A DNA stretch of 64,000 bases from Candidatus Kerfeldbacteria bacterium. Lineage in GTDB: Bacteria > Patescibacteriota > Patescibacteriia > UBA10025 > JAHIVO01. The first letter of the stretch is position 1, and the number at the start of each line of letters is the position of its first letter. The DNA is taken from the NCBI GenBank assembly GCA_047946875.1, contig CP181398.1, positions 777,041 through 841,040 of the forward strand, read 5' to 3'. The position numbers and the translations under genes were made by a program. Of this stretch, positions 55,294 through 64,000 are shown in pieces. The notes under the pieces are model-generated. The model ran no database searches and had not been told where the DNA came from. It was given only the letters and a program-made list of their open reading frames with translations.

Positions 55294-57726
55294 ATGTCCC
55301 ATAATAACGGCGATAATATATCCAATGAAACAATAAACAATAATTGGTATTTTAATAATACCTTTTTATATTTTATTATATTTTTTTCTGGTTTAGCTGC
55401 TCTTATTTATGAGCTAATTTGGATCAGGATGTTAAACTTAACCTTTGGAGTAAGTAGCTTTGCTATTGCTACTGTTATTTCAGTTTTTCTTCTAGGGATT
55501 GGCTTAGGTAGTTACTACTTTGGTAAAAAAGCAGAAACTATAAATAATATTTTAAAGACATACGCGTTTATTGAGTTGAGTATTGGAATTTTTTCTATTC
55601 TATCTTTCTTAATACTAAAATATGCCAATATTTATGAATTTATTATTTCTAATATTGGTAGCAGTGAAAACCTTTACCTACTTTCTTTAATTAGACTAAT
55701 TATCTCCATCATAATATTAATTATCCCAACTTTTCTAATTGGTGGAACTATTCCATTAATTGTTAAATTTTTAATTACTACTAATAAAAATTTAGGATCA
55801 AAATTCAGTACTATTTACTATATAAATATTTTAGGGGGTGTTACTGGAATTCTTCTAACTGGCCTAGTATTAATTCGTCAGTTTGGCGTCTGGAAAAGTT
55901 TTTCTATTGCTATTATTATAAATATTATTATTTTTATTAGTATAATTATTTTTAAAAAAAATATAAATTTTCAATCAGAAATTCATAACGAAATAACCGA
56001 ACAAGAAAATAATCAGTATAAACCTATAAAAAATTTCCTGCCAATCCTCTTCTTTAGTGGATTCATTGTACTTGGATTTGAGATCTTATGGATGCGGGTA
56101 CTTATTAACTTTGGTTCTGGAACCACCCTTTCATCAACCATGATTTTAGGAGGATTTTTACTAGGATTTTCGGCCGGAAGTTTTTATATTGCAAAACGAA
56201 TTGATAAAATGCTCAAACCTCTTAAAAACTTTGTTATATATTCTTTTCTTACTGGTTTGACCGGAGCTTTAATAATTTTCTTATTTGGACAATTAAATAC
56301 ATTTCTATCAGCACAATTCAGTACCTATGCCAGACTATTATTAGAATCGTGGTTAGGGCTTATTTTTGCATTTATTATTGCTGCAATCAGTGGCACCCTA
56401 TTTCCTTTAGGTCTTCGTTTATATGCAGGAAATAAAGAATCCATTGGAATAAAGACTGGAAAAATATATTTTATAAACTCAATTGGAACGGTGTTAGGGA
56501 GCTTGGTAACCGGTTTCATATTTATCCCGTTTTTTGGAATAAAAATATCTGGAATAATACTAATTATGCTCTGTTTCATTATTTCAATATATATAATATT
56601 TAAACAAAATTTAAATAAAAAGAAACTGCTAACACCAGCTATATCATTTTTTATTATTTCCTTAATATTTATTATTGTTAGTGGAAACACATTCCACCGT
56701 CAAAATGAAAATGAAACTGAGCTTTTTTATTCAGAAGGATTATCCGGAACTGTTACTGTTTTAGAAAATAATAATACCAACATTCCATATAAAACATTAT
56801 ATGTTGACAGCCAAGCAGTGGCAGGAACCTATCCGTCTGGCATTATTGATTCTAAAATTTTGGCACACATACCTATCCTTCTAACAAAGAACCCTTCCTC
56901 TGTGGCAACAATAGGTTATGGTACCGGTGGTACTAGTTATAGCATGATGCAATATGGTTTAGAAACTTATGCTATGGAAATTGAAGAACAGGTCATTGAA
57001 GCAAGTAAATTTTTTAATGATTTAAATCATGGCATAGAAACTGATCCATCTTTACATATTATTATTGACGATGCTAGATATACACTACAACAAACTAATA
57101 AAAAATTTGATACTATAGTTACTGATGTAACAAATCTTAAATATAAAAGTAATCCGTACTTATATACTGTAGAATATTTTCAAATAATGAAAGACAGCCT
57201 TACTCCACAAGGTGTTGGATCTGCTTGGGTCCCTCTTGGTGGTCTTTCATTTAACGATTTAAAAATTTTAACAGCAAGTTTTGAAAAAATATTCCCCCAT
57301 ACAACAATCTGGTATTACAATCTTGAAATAACAAGCTTTCTTGTTTTGATTGGTACGCCAGAAAAATTATCTATTAATCTTAATGATATAAAAAATAAAA
57401 TGGAACCAGTTCAAGAAGATCTATCAAGTATTTATATTAACAATGAATATGTTTTTAGTTCAATGCTTTTTCTTGGTGAAAATGATGTGGATGACCTAGT
57501 ACAAGGAATGCAACTACATACTGACGACTTTCCAATTTTAGAATTCTCAGATATTAGCTTCTATGTTTTATTCAACCCTATGGATAACTTAAAAAAATTA
57601 TTAAACTATCAAAAAGAATTATATAACACTTACTTTATTATGGATGAAGAGCAGGACTCCAACCTAATACAAGAATTTTATAATGGCAGACAATTAATCC
57701 ATCACTATATTGATGAACACAATTAA
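55294..57726 (+). CDS. Polytopic membrane protein fused to a spermidine-synthase-like (class I SAM-dependent) domain
   Basis: 810 aa. N-terminal ~470 aa has 10 or more TM helices (FFSGLAALIYELIWIRMLNLTFGVS...). The C-terminal fold is signalled by TIGYGTGGTS...IIIDDARYTL...FDTIVTDVT. Confidence 0.6.
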   Translation: MSHNNGDNISNETINNNWYFNNTFLYFIIFFSGLAALIYELIWIRMLNLTFGVSSFAIATVISVFLLGIGLGSYYFGKKAETINNILKTYAFIELSIGIFSILSFLILKYANIYEFIISNIGSSENLYLLSLIRLIISIIILIIPTFLIGGTIPLIVKFLITTNKNLGSKFSTIYYINILGGVTGILLTGLVLIRQFGVWKSFSIAIIINIIIFISIIIFKKNINFQSEIHNEITEQENNQYKPIKNFLPILFFSGFIVLGFEILWMRVLINFGSGTTLSSTMILGGFLLGFSAGSFYIAKRIDKMLKPLKNFVIYSFLTGLTGALIIFLFGQLNTFLSAQFSTYARLLLESWLGLIFAFIIAAISGTLFPLGLRLYAGNKESIGIKTGKIYFINSIGTVLGSLVTGFIFIPFFGIKISGIILIMLCFIISIYIIFKQNLNKKKLLTPAISFFIISLIFIIVSGNTFHRQNENETELFYSEGLSGTVTVLENNNTNIPYKTLYVDSQAVAGTYPSGIIDSKILAHIPILLTKNPSSVATIGYGTGGTSYSMMQYGLETYAMEIEEQVIEASKFFNDLNHGIETDPSLHIIIDDARYTLQQTNKKFDTIVTDVTNLKYKSNPYLYTVEYFQIMKDSLTPQGVGSAWVPLGGLSFNDLKILTASFEKIFPHTTIWYYNLEITSFLVLIGTPEKLSINLNDIKNKMEPVQEDLSSIYINNEYVFSSMLFLGENDVDDLVQGMQLHTDDFPILEFSDISFYVLFNPMDNLKKLLNYQKELYNTYFIMDEEQDSNLIQEFYNGRQLIHHYIDEHN

Positions 57727-57776
57727 CTAATAATATTATCTTATAAAATCCTATACTAATCTAGTAAAAATTAAAA

Positions 57777-57806
57777 AGTCCTGTTTTTAGGAAGCAGGAC
57801 TTTTGT
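57777..57806. terminator. Bidirectional rho-independent terminator (agtcctg-n11-caggact flanked by A and T runs) between convergent genes
   Basis: 7-bp perfect stem, TTTTGTG on the plus side and AAAAA before the stem. Sits between the 55294-57726 (+) gene and the 57808-58233 (-) gene. Confidence 0.65.
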
Positions 57807-57807
57807 G

Positions 57808-58233
57808 TTACTCATTTGTGAGTAAATCACTTTCGTTTATATCAAGAAATTTCAAAACTGTTATATTCTTCATAACATCATTAGTTTCAAAATATACCAA
57901 CAAAAACATTTTAAATACTAAGTCAGCAGCATTATCAATACTGGTACCAGGAAATAATTCTTGATGATGTTTTTTTACAAATTCAGCTAAATTATCACTT
58001 AGCACATCAGCAAGATGAGGAATTGGCAATTTTTTCAAAATTGAAAATCCAAATCCAGAGACCTGACTTATTACTTGTAAAGTACTATTTGCGTTATCGA
58101 TATCAAAATCGACATTTGCTATATCAGTATTGTTGGTAATTAACTTCTGTATTAATCTCATTTCATCACTAGATTTACCTAGTTTTGTTTCATATTTGAT
58201 TAATACTGCTTTCAACAAATCCTGTAATTGCAT
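57808..58233 (-). CDS. Hypothetical protein
   Basis: 141-aa ORF with an ATG start. Compositionally coding. No motif recognised. Confidence 0.45.
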   Translation of the reverse strand: MQLQDLLKAVLIKYETKLGKSSDEMRLIQKLITNNTDIANVDFDIDNANSTLQVISQVSGFGFSILKKLPIPHLADVLSDNLAEFVKKHHQELFPGTSIDNAADLVFKMFLLVYFETNDVMKNITVLKFLDINESDLLTNE

Positions 58234-58308
58234 CTCCTCTATCCTTTTTTATTATTATTTTTGTACAATAAAACGATTATAACACACAAGGCCCTGGTGT
58301 CAAAAAAA

Positions 58309-60555
58309 TTATTCTACAATCTCTTTAGGGTTGATCTCAGATAGAGATTTATTCAATTCTTCAATTTTTTGTAAAACTGTTTGATTATTAACATCTAATA
58401 CTATAATTCTCTCAAGATATTCTATTGATTTATCGATATCCCCTTTTAGTTCAAAAATGAATGCTACCTGCCATAATAAATCTATTGCATCAGGATACCT
58501 ATTTAACTCTTTTATAAACAACTCTAAAGATTTATCATATTCACCTTTTGTTTGATAAACTAGGCCAATATTATAATCAACTAAAAGATAATTTTCTTTT
58601 AATTGACGAGTTTTCTCAAAATCTTGTATCGCATAATCTAAAACAGACATAGCTTCAGCTAAAGATGATTCACTATTACTTGCAGTTAATATTGTTTGTG
58701 CCAATAATAATTTTGAACGACCTAAATTGAAATGAATTAATGGATTGTTCGGCTCAAGTTCTACAGCTAATAAATAGTCTTTTACGGCTAACTCATCTAC
58801 ATTGCCGACTATAGGACGTAGACTGTCATATATTATTGCCGATTTTTTATATACCAATGAATTTCCTTCATCGTATTGTTTGGCTAAATTTATATTATTT
58901 ATAACTTGCTGAGTAATTGTTCTGATATTTTCACTATTAACATCCTCAGTTTGACTAACTAACAATACTTGAGTTGTATAACCTTGTGCCAATGTTAAAT
59001 AATATTTCGACTCATACTTATTTAAATCTATTGCCTTATCAAGCTGCTTAAAAATATTATCCATATCTTCACCGGAGTTTATTTCATCTTGAACTTTTGT
59101 ATAATTATAATCAGCTAACCAAACGCGCAACCCAAATACTAAAAATAATATAATGCCTGCAGAAAAAATAATTATAATTGGTAAAAATACACGCTGCTCT
59201 TTACTTTTATTATTTAATTTTATTTCGTAAACATTATCATCTTTTTTATTCTCTTTGAATAAAGAAATACCAATAGCAAGAAACAACCAAAACATCCAAT
59301 AAATAATAAAATTAAATGGTATAAAAAATCCAACAACAAAAATGATTAATGAAATTGAAAATATCAATATCAACCAAACTGACTGACTATTTATTTGTTT
59401 ATAACTCATTATAAAGAAGAATCCTCTCTTAATATAGAACATCCCAAGTAATACAAATGCCAACATACCTCCTAAGCCTATGGTTGTAAAAATATTCCAA
59501 AATTCACTGCCTGATTTCAAAAATTGTAAATCCCATAATCCAGTAGAATTCAACATTTCCGGTCTTAATAAAGTAAAATCATAGACAAACGTTTGAGGAC
59601 CCGATCCAAACAAAGGAGATTTCACAAAACTATCCCAAGCAATTGAAGCAGATGTTTTTTGGTTTAAAAATATACTATCACTTACACCCTCAGGAATTAT
59701 ATTAGTAAAATCAATTAAAATAAATACTAATAATAGTACAACCAATAAAGTTGGAATAATAATCCATAATTTGGAAAGTTTCTTATCATCTAAAAATATT
59801 ATTTTTAATAACCAGATTAATAATATCCCTACTAATAAATAAATTATTAAAACTTTATTTAATAATAGTATTAATATTAAAGATAAAACTGTAACGATCC
59901 CTGCTGTAATTTTAAGCCACTTTTTATCATTAAATAACAAAAATCCAAAAGACAATACAAATATAATTAAAGAAAATATAGCTAAAGTTAGCGAAGAATT
60001 AGCTAATAAATTAAAATTAATATTCTGAGTAAATTCCCAAGGCAAAATGTGAATATTTCCTAATTGAAATAAATTAAACAGAACTATAATTATTCCTGAC
60101 CACCAAAATGAATATATTAATTTTTTTATCCCTTCCCAATCTCTAAATATATTAATAATCAAATAAAAAAATAGTATGTAACTAACAATACTAATAATAC
60201 TGGCACTAAAATATCCACTTATACCAACCGTACTAATATAATAATTTTTTGAAAATAAAAATGATATCAAATTAAAAAACAAAAACGCCAAAATAAACCA
60301 ATCTAAAAATGTTTTATTAAAATTTATTTTTTTTAATATAAATAACCTCCAAAGGTATAAACCAGTAATAATAAAAACGACAATCTGAAACAATAATGTT
60401 TTATTAAACTCTAATGGACTACTACTTACAGACAAAAAGAAAATCGGTAACACAAAAACCAACCCAATCATTATCCATTCGATTACTTTTCCTAAAGTGT
60501 CAGTATCTTTTTGGCGATTAAAAATACTTTTTTTAAATAGAGTCTTGAAATTCAT
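58309..60555 (-). CDS. Polytopic membrane protein with C-terminal TPR repeats (O-antigen-ligase/Wzy_C-like, tentative)
   Basis: 748 aa. ~12 predicted TM helices in the first 450 aa, with a large loop. C-terminal ~250 aa has TPR-like helical repeats (YESKYYLTLAQGY..., NNPLIHFNLGRSKL..., DYNIGLVYQTKGEYDKSLELF...). Confidence 0.4.
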   Translation of the reverse strand: MNFKTLFKKSIFNRQKDTDTLGKVIEWIMIGLVFVLPIFFLSVSSSPLEFNKTLLFQIVVFIITGLYLWRLFILKKINFNKTFLDWFILAFLFFNLISFLFSKNYYISTVGISGYFSASIISIVSYILFFYLIINIFRDWEGIKKLIYSFWWSGIIIVLFNLFQLGNIHILPWEFTQNINFNLLANSSLTLAIFSLIIFVLSFGFLLFNDKKWLKITAGIVTVLSLILILLLNKVLIIYLLVGILLIWLLKIIFLDDKKLSKLWIIIPTLLVVLLLVFILIDFTNIIPEGVSDSIFLNQKTSASIAWDSFVKSPLFGSGPQTFVYDFTLLRPEMLNSTGLWDLQFLKSGSEFWNIFTTIGLGGMLAFVLLGMFYIKRGFFFIMSYKQINSQSVWLILIFSISLIIFVVGFFIPFNFIIYWMFWLFLAIGISLFKENKKDDNVYEIKLNNKSKEQRVFLPIIIIFSAGIILFLVFGLRVWLADYNYTKVQDEINSGEDMDNIFKQLDKAIDLNKYESKYYLTLAQGYTTQVLLVSQTEDVNSENIRTITQQVINNINLAKQYDEGNSLVYKKSAIIYDSLRPIVGNVDELAVKDYLLAVELEPNNPLIHFNLGRSKLLLAQTILTASNSESSLAEAMSVLDYAIQDFEKTRQLKENYLLVDYNIGLVYQTKGEYDKSLELFIKELNRYPDAIDLLWQVAFIFELKGDIDKSIEYLERIIVLDVNNQTVLQKIEELNKSLSEINPKEIVE

Positions 60556-60557
60556 AT

Positions 60558-61421
60558 TTAATTTACTATCTTTCTTATTATTTCTTGAAGCTCCGCATTA
60601 GAATAAAAATGTATAGAAATTACTCCCTGACCTTTTTTATAACTTAATTCTACTTTGGTTCCTAGTGCTTCCTGTAGTAATTCTTCTTTTTCAGTCATAT
60701 TTACATCTTTAGAATTTCGATTTCGAGTATGTTTTTTTATAATGACTTTACCAGCCTTACTCTCAGTCTTTCTAACACTTAAACTGCCTGATAATATTTC
60801 CTTGAATAATCTTCTCCGTTGATCAACATCTTTTATTCCTAATAATACCTTAGCATGCCCTTCCGTTATCTTTCCTTCCTGCAATGATTTTTGTATCTCT
60901 GCTGATAATGTCAAGAGTCTAAGACTATTAGTTACAGCTGTGCGAGATTGTCCAATTTTTTTTGACACCTCCTCTTGAGTCAGATTAAACTCAGCTGCTA
61001 ATCTCTGATAGCCATAAGCTTTTTCTATTGGATTCAAATTCTGTCTCTGTACATTTTCGACTATGGCTAATTCCAATTTTTGCTGTTCTGTTGCTGTCCT
61101 TACTACAACAGGTACTTTTGATAAGCCAGCAATTTTAGATGCTCGCAAACGTCTCTCACCCGCGATCAATTCATATCCACTACCAACTTCATTAACAATC
61201 AAAGGTTGAATAATCCCATGCTCTTTGATGGAATTTACCAAATCTTCCAGCATATCTCTATCAAAATGATGACGAGGTTGATGGGGATTTGGTTGTATTT
61301 TATCCAAAGAAATTTCAAAAGTCTTTTCTTTGCCACCTATAATTTCTTCACTGATATTTTCTTTAATACTTTTTACTGGGATCAATGAGCCTAACCCTCG
61401 GCCAAGTGAACTATTACTCAT
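60558..61421 (-). CDS. parB: Chromosome partitioning protein ParB/Spo0J
   Basis: 287 aa. GRGLGSLIP, ParB box IQPLIVNEVGSGYELIAGERRLRASKIAGL, HTH region. Confidence 0.9.
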   Translation of the reverse strand: MSNSSLGRGLGSLIPVKSIKENISEEIIGGKEKTFEISLDKIQPNPHQPRHHFDRDMLEDLVNSIKEHGIIQPLIVNEVGSGYELIAGERRLRASKIAGLSKVPVVVRTATEQQKLELAIVENVQRQNLNPIEKAYGYQRLAAEFNLTQEEVSKKIGQSRTAVTNSLRLLTLSAEIQKSLQEGKITEGHAKVLLGIKDVDQRRRLFKEILSGSLSVRKTESKAGKVIIKKHTRNRNSKDVNMTEKEELLQEALGTKVELSYKKGQGVISIHFYSNAELQEIIRKIVN

Positions 61422-61427
61422 ATTATA

Positions 61428-62189
61428 TTATTCTAAACTAATTAATTCTTGTGCTAATCTTTTGTAAGCCTTACCACCAGCAGACCTCTTATCATAGTGT
61501 AAAATACTTTTACCAAAACTAGGCGCTTCAGCTAGTTTTACATTACGAGGAATTACTGTTCGAAAAATTCTATCTGGAAAATATTTATATAATTCTTCAA
61601 AAACATCTTTTGATAATTTATTTCTATCATCATACATAGTCATGACCGCTCCCATTATTGATAAACCTGGTTTTAAACCATCTCTCACTAAATTAACAGT
61701 ATTTAACAACTGACCCAATCCTTCTAAAGCATAATATTCTGTCTGAACAGGTATCAAAGCATGATCAGAAGCAACTAAACCATTGACTGTTAGTAAACAT
61801 AAGGATGGCGGACAATCAATAAGAATATAATCATAATCATTACGTACTTCCAATATTGCGTCATGTAGTCTAAACTCTCTTTTTTCCATATCAACCAACT
61901 CAACTCTTGCTCCGGCCAAAGAAGGTGTGGCTGGGGCAATACTTAATCCATCAACATTAGATGGTTTGATTACTTTTTTAATAGATAGTTCTGAAATTAT
62001 GGGGTTATATATACCATGCTCTAATTCATTATTATTAATACCTAATCCTGAAGATGCATTGCCTTGAGGATCAAGATCAACTAATAAGACAAATTTACCA
62101 TGATGTGCTAAAAATGCAGCTAAATTAACTGCTGTGGTAGTCTTACCAACCCCCCCTTTTTGATTAACTATTGATATTATTTTAGACAT
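61428..62189 (-). CDS. parA: Chromosome partitioning ATPase ParA/Soj
   Basis: 253 aa. Deviant Walker A NQKGGVGKTTTAVNLA, then DLDPQGN, DCPPSL. Confidence 0.9.
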   Translation of the reverse strand: MSKIISIVNQKGGVGKTTTAVNLAAFLAHHGKFVLLVDLDPQGNASSGLGINNNELEHGIYNPIISELSIKKVIKPSNVDGLSIAPATPSLAGARVELVDMEKREFRLHDAILEVRNDYDYILIDCPPSLCLLTVNGLVASDHALIPVQTEYYALEGLGQLLNTVNLVRDGLKPGLSIMGAVMTMYDDRNKLSKDVFEELYKYFPDRIFRTVIPRNVKLAEAPSFGKSILHYDKRSAGGKAYKRLAQELISLE

Positions 62190-62228
62190 AAGTAAAAATA
62201 TTTATGAATATATTATAGCAAATAAACG

Positions 62229-62257
62229 TTGACAAAAACAGTGTTTTTCTTTAGAAT
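62229..62257 (+). promoter_or_regulatory. Consensus sigma70-type promoter TTGACA-N17-TAGAAT, 22 nt upstream of tRNA-Leu
   Basis: The -35 TTGACA (62229-62234), a 17-nt spacer and the -10 TAGAAT (62252-62257) are read directly from the sequence. Confidence 0.6.
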
Positions 62258-62279
62258 CAGTCTATCATCATTTTTATAA

Positions 62280-62363
62280 GCCGGGATGGCGGAACTGGTA
62301 GACGCACAGGACTCAAAATCCTGCGGGGGCAACTCCATGAGAGTTCAAGTCTCTCTCCCGGCA
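62280..62363 (+). tRNA. tRNA-Leu (anticodon CAA), class II with long variable arm, no encoded CCA
   Basis: GCCGGGA TG GCGG AACTGGTAGA CGC A CAGGA CTCAAAA TCCTG [variable arm] GAGAG TTCAAGT CTCTC TCCCGGC A. Confidence 0.9.
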
Positions 62364-62380
62364 TATTTAATCTCAAATAC

Positions 62381-62409
62381 TTGCATTTATTAGCAATTTC
62401 CTATATAAT
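62381..62409 (+). promoter_or_regulatory. Consensus sigma70-type promoter TTGCAT-N17-TATAAT, 20 nt upstream of the initiator tRNA
   Basis: The -35 TTGCAT (62381-62386), a 17-nt spacer and the -10 TATAAT (62404-62409). Confidence 0.6.
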
Positions 62410-62429
62410 TGCTAAGAACTTTTATACAA

Positions 62430-62504
62430 CGCCGGGTAGAGCAGTGGCAGCTCGCGGGGCTCATAATCCCGAGGTCGTCGGTTCGAATCCGACCCCGGCA
62501 ACCA
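62430..62504 (+). tRNA. Initiator tRNA-fMet (anticodon CAT), CCA encoded
   Basis: C1-A72 mismatch, A11:U24 pair in the D-stem, G-C run in the anticodon stem, loop CTCATAA, T-loop TTCGAAT. These are hallmarks of bacterial initiator tRNA. Confidence 0.85.
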
Positions 62505-62634
62505 AATTTAACATCTTTTTATATAATATATCTCCACCGAACTCCGCATTGCGGGGTGAGGAAAAGGAGCAATGCAGGAAAGGTGGAGCTTTCTGGTTTA
62601 CCAGTAAGCGTAACCTGTGATGCTATTGCGACGC

Positions 62635-62708
62635 GGCAGGGTAGCTCAGATGGTTAGAGCGCGGGACTCATAAGCCCGAGGTCGCGGGTTCAATTCCCGC
62701 CCCTGCTA
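62635..62708 (+). tRNA. tRNA with anticodon CAT (elongator Met or lysidine-modified Ile2), no encoded CCA
   Basis: GGCAGGG TA GCTC AGATGGTTA GAGC G CGGGA CTCATAA GCCCG AGGTC GCGGG TTCAATT CCCGC CCCTGCT A. G1-U72 wobble and an A31-G39 mismatch. Confidence 0.8.
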
Positions 62709-62719
62709 TAAATAACTCT

Positions 62720-63520
62720 TCAAACTGAGTTATTTTTTTTGAAATTTATATAAATAAAAAATATTGTCCCAATAAAAAGTAAAATACTTATCCACTGAGT
62801 TAACAATAATGGCCCTACTGTTAATAAATCTACTTTAATGAAATCCAAACTAAAACGTACAACAGAAAACATAATAAAATACATCAAAGTCAACTTACCA
62901 ACTGGCCAATGTTTTTTATTATTAAACAACCAAAGCATCACGAAAAACACTCCCAACATTAATATTGATTCATACAAAAAAACTGGGTGAAAAAAATTTT
63001 CATTTATATACTCCAACGGCCTTCTATTAGTTTCTATAGGTAGTCCCCAGGTCACACTTGTGGGTAAACCAAATAATTCTTGATTGAAATAATTACCCCA
63101 ACGACCTATAGATTGCATCAATGGAAGCGCTATTACAATTAGATCTGTAAAGGCTAGAAAATTAATTTTTTTTATTCGTCCATAAATATACACTACCAAC
63201 AAATCCATTATCATTATCCCCTGTATCGCTAATCCACCATGCCATATTTTTACCAGCTCATTTAAATTTTCTACATAATAATCCCATTCACCAATAATAT
63301 GTCCAATTCTTCCACCAATCAAACTACTAATCAAAAGAATAAATAACAAATTATAAATGTGATTAACGTCAATGTTTCTTTTTTTTGCAAATTTTGTTAT
63401 CAATAATAATCCAACTATAACTACTAAAGCAATAATAATCCCATACCAATATATATCCAAAAAGCCAATCGAAAATGCGATTGGCTCTGGATTATAGTTA
63501 TGGAGAAAATTAATCCCCAT
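62720..63520 (-). CDS. lgt: Prolipoprotein diacylglyceryl transferase
   Basis: 266 aa. Seven TM helices and the Lgt signature GRWGNYFNQELFG. Confidence 0.9.
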   Translation of the reverse strand: MGINFLHNYNPEPIAFSIGFLDIYWYGIIIALVVIVGLLLITKFAKKRNIDVNHIYNLLFILLISSLIGGRIGHIIGEWDYYVENLNELVKIWHGGLAIQGIMIMDLLVVYIYGRIKKINFLAFTDLIVIALPLMQSIGRWGNYFNQELFGLPTSVTWGLPIETNRRPLEYINENFFHPVFLYESILMLGVFFVMLWLFNNKKHWPVGKLTLMYFIMFSVVRFSLDFIKVDLLTVGPLLLTQWISILLFIGTIFFIYINFKKNNSV

Positions 63521-63525
63521 ATTAT

Positions 63526-64000
63526 TTATTTTGCTAAAGCAGCATCAATAGCAGCAGCGAAACTTGCATAAGGCTGAGCACCTGATATCATTGTACCATT
63601 TACAAATATAGCTGGTGTACCCTGTACTCCTATTGCAGCCCCTTCATTAAAGTCATCAGTAATATCACTTGCATGTTCACCACCATCTAAACAACTGTCA
63701 AAAGTAGAAGTGTTCAAACCTAAAGTTACGGCATGAGCTTTCAAATCAGCAATAGTAATATTATCTTGGTCTGCATAGATTAAATCGTGCATCTCCCAAA
63801 ATTTATCTTGATCAGCTGCACACTCAGAAGCCTCAGCTGCTTTTTGTGCATTCTCATGAAACGATAATGGGAAATGTCTATAAATTAATTTAACTTTTCC
63901 ATCATACTCTTCTAATACCTGTTCAATTGTAGGTACTACACGACTACAAAATGGACATTCAAAATCAGAATATTCAATCAATGTTACAGTAGCATTTTTA
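63526..64000 (-). CDS. DsbA-like thiol:disulfide oxidoreductase (thioredoxin fold), probably N-terminally truncated by the window end
   Basis: CPFC active site 9 residues after the first Met of the listed ORF. The frame is still open to position 64000; DsbA proteins normally have a signal/TM segment upstream of CxxC. Confidence 0.7.
   Translation of the reverse strand, partial: KNATVTLIEYSDFECPFCSRVVPTIEQVLEEYDGKVKLIYRHFPLSFHENAQKAAEASECAADQDKFWEMHDLIYADQDNITIADLKAHAVTLGLNTSTFDSCLDGGEHASDITDDFNEGAAIGVQGTPAIFVNGTMISGAQPYASFAAAIDAALAK

Noticed and set aside
62381-62657. ORFs 62381-62620 and 62409-62657 (79 and 82 aa)
   Set aside because: They run straight through two well-formed tRNA genes and a consensus promoter. 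They are artefacts of the GC-rich tRNA sequence.

Overview
AT-rich bacterial chromosomal segment (roughly one-third GC by eye). Gene content and gene style point to a Candidate Phyla Radiation / Patescibacteria-type genome; this is an inference from giant surface ORFs, small housekeeping genes and frequent absence of clear Shine-Dalgarno motifs. Coordinates 1-42195 form one uninterrupted minus-strand gene array. It contains: (i) two tandem paralogous giant secreted-protein genes, one complete at 3314 aa, with 5.2 kb of the complete gene's 5' half repeated almost base-for-base at the window start; (ii) the housekeeping genes yqeY, rpsU, a HIT protein, hisS and lepB; (iii) two tRNA-Val genes, one carrying a 62-nt GC-rich palindromic insertion in its D-loop, plus a truncated third tRNA-Val 3' copy carrying a related insertion; (iv) a 22-kb cell-surface gene cluster. 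The cluster encodes two cohesin-like membrane proteins, a dockerin protein, two paralogous C-terminally membrane-anchored beta-rich proteins, a 338-aa secreted protein and a 4784-aa giant protein. The 338-aa protein and the giant protein share a ~150-aa C-terminal domain, and the giant protein starts with a MerR/excisionase-type HTH and a membrane anchor. The organisation resembles Csc/WxL cell-surface-complex clusters fused with cohesin-dockerin modules, and I consider it the most interesting system in the window. Coordinates 42278-57726 are a plus-strand block: LCP, der, pth, pilT, pilM, mfd, dprA, topA plus a separate zinc-ribbon ORF, and a membrane spermidine-synthase-like protein. A GT2 gene on the minus strand precedes the block. 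Then come a hypothetical, a Wzy-like TPR membrane protein and parB-parA on the minus strand, three plus-strand tRNAs (Leu-CAA, initiator Met, Met/Ile2-CAT) with textbook -35/-10 promoters, and lgt and a DsbA-like gene on the minus strand. I recognised no rRNA, CRISPR array, transposase or integrase. ORF-track starts may use TTG/GTG; where an ATG with a signal peptide lies just downstream I shifted the start. My line-based coordinates for non-track features may be off by 1-2 nt.
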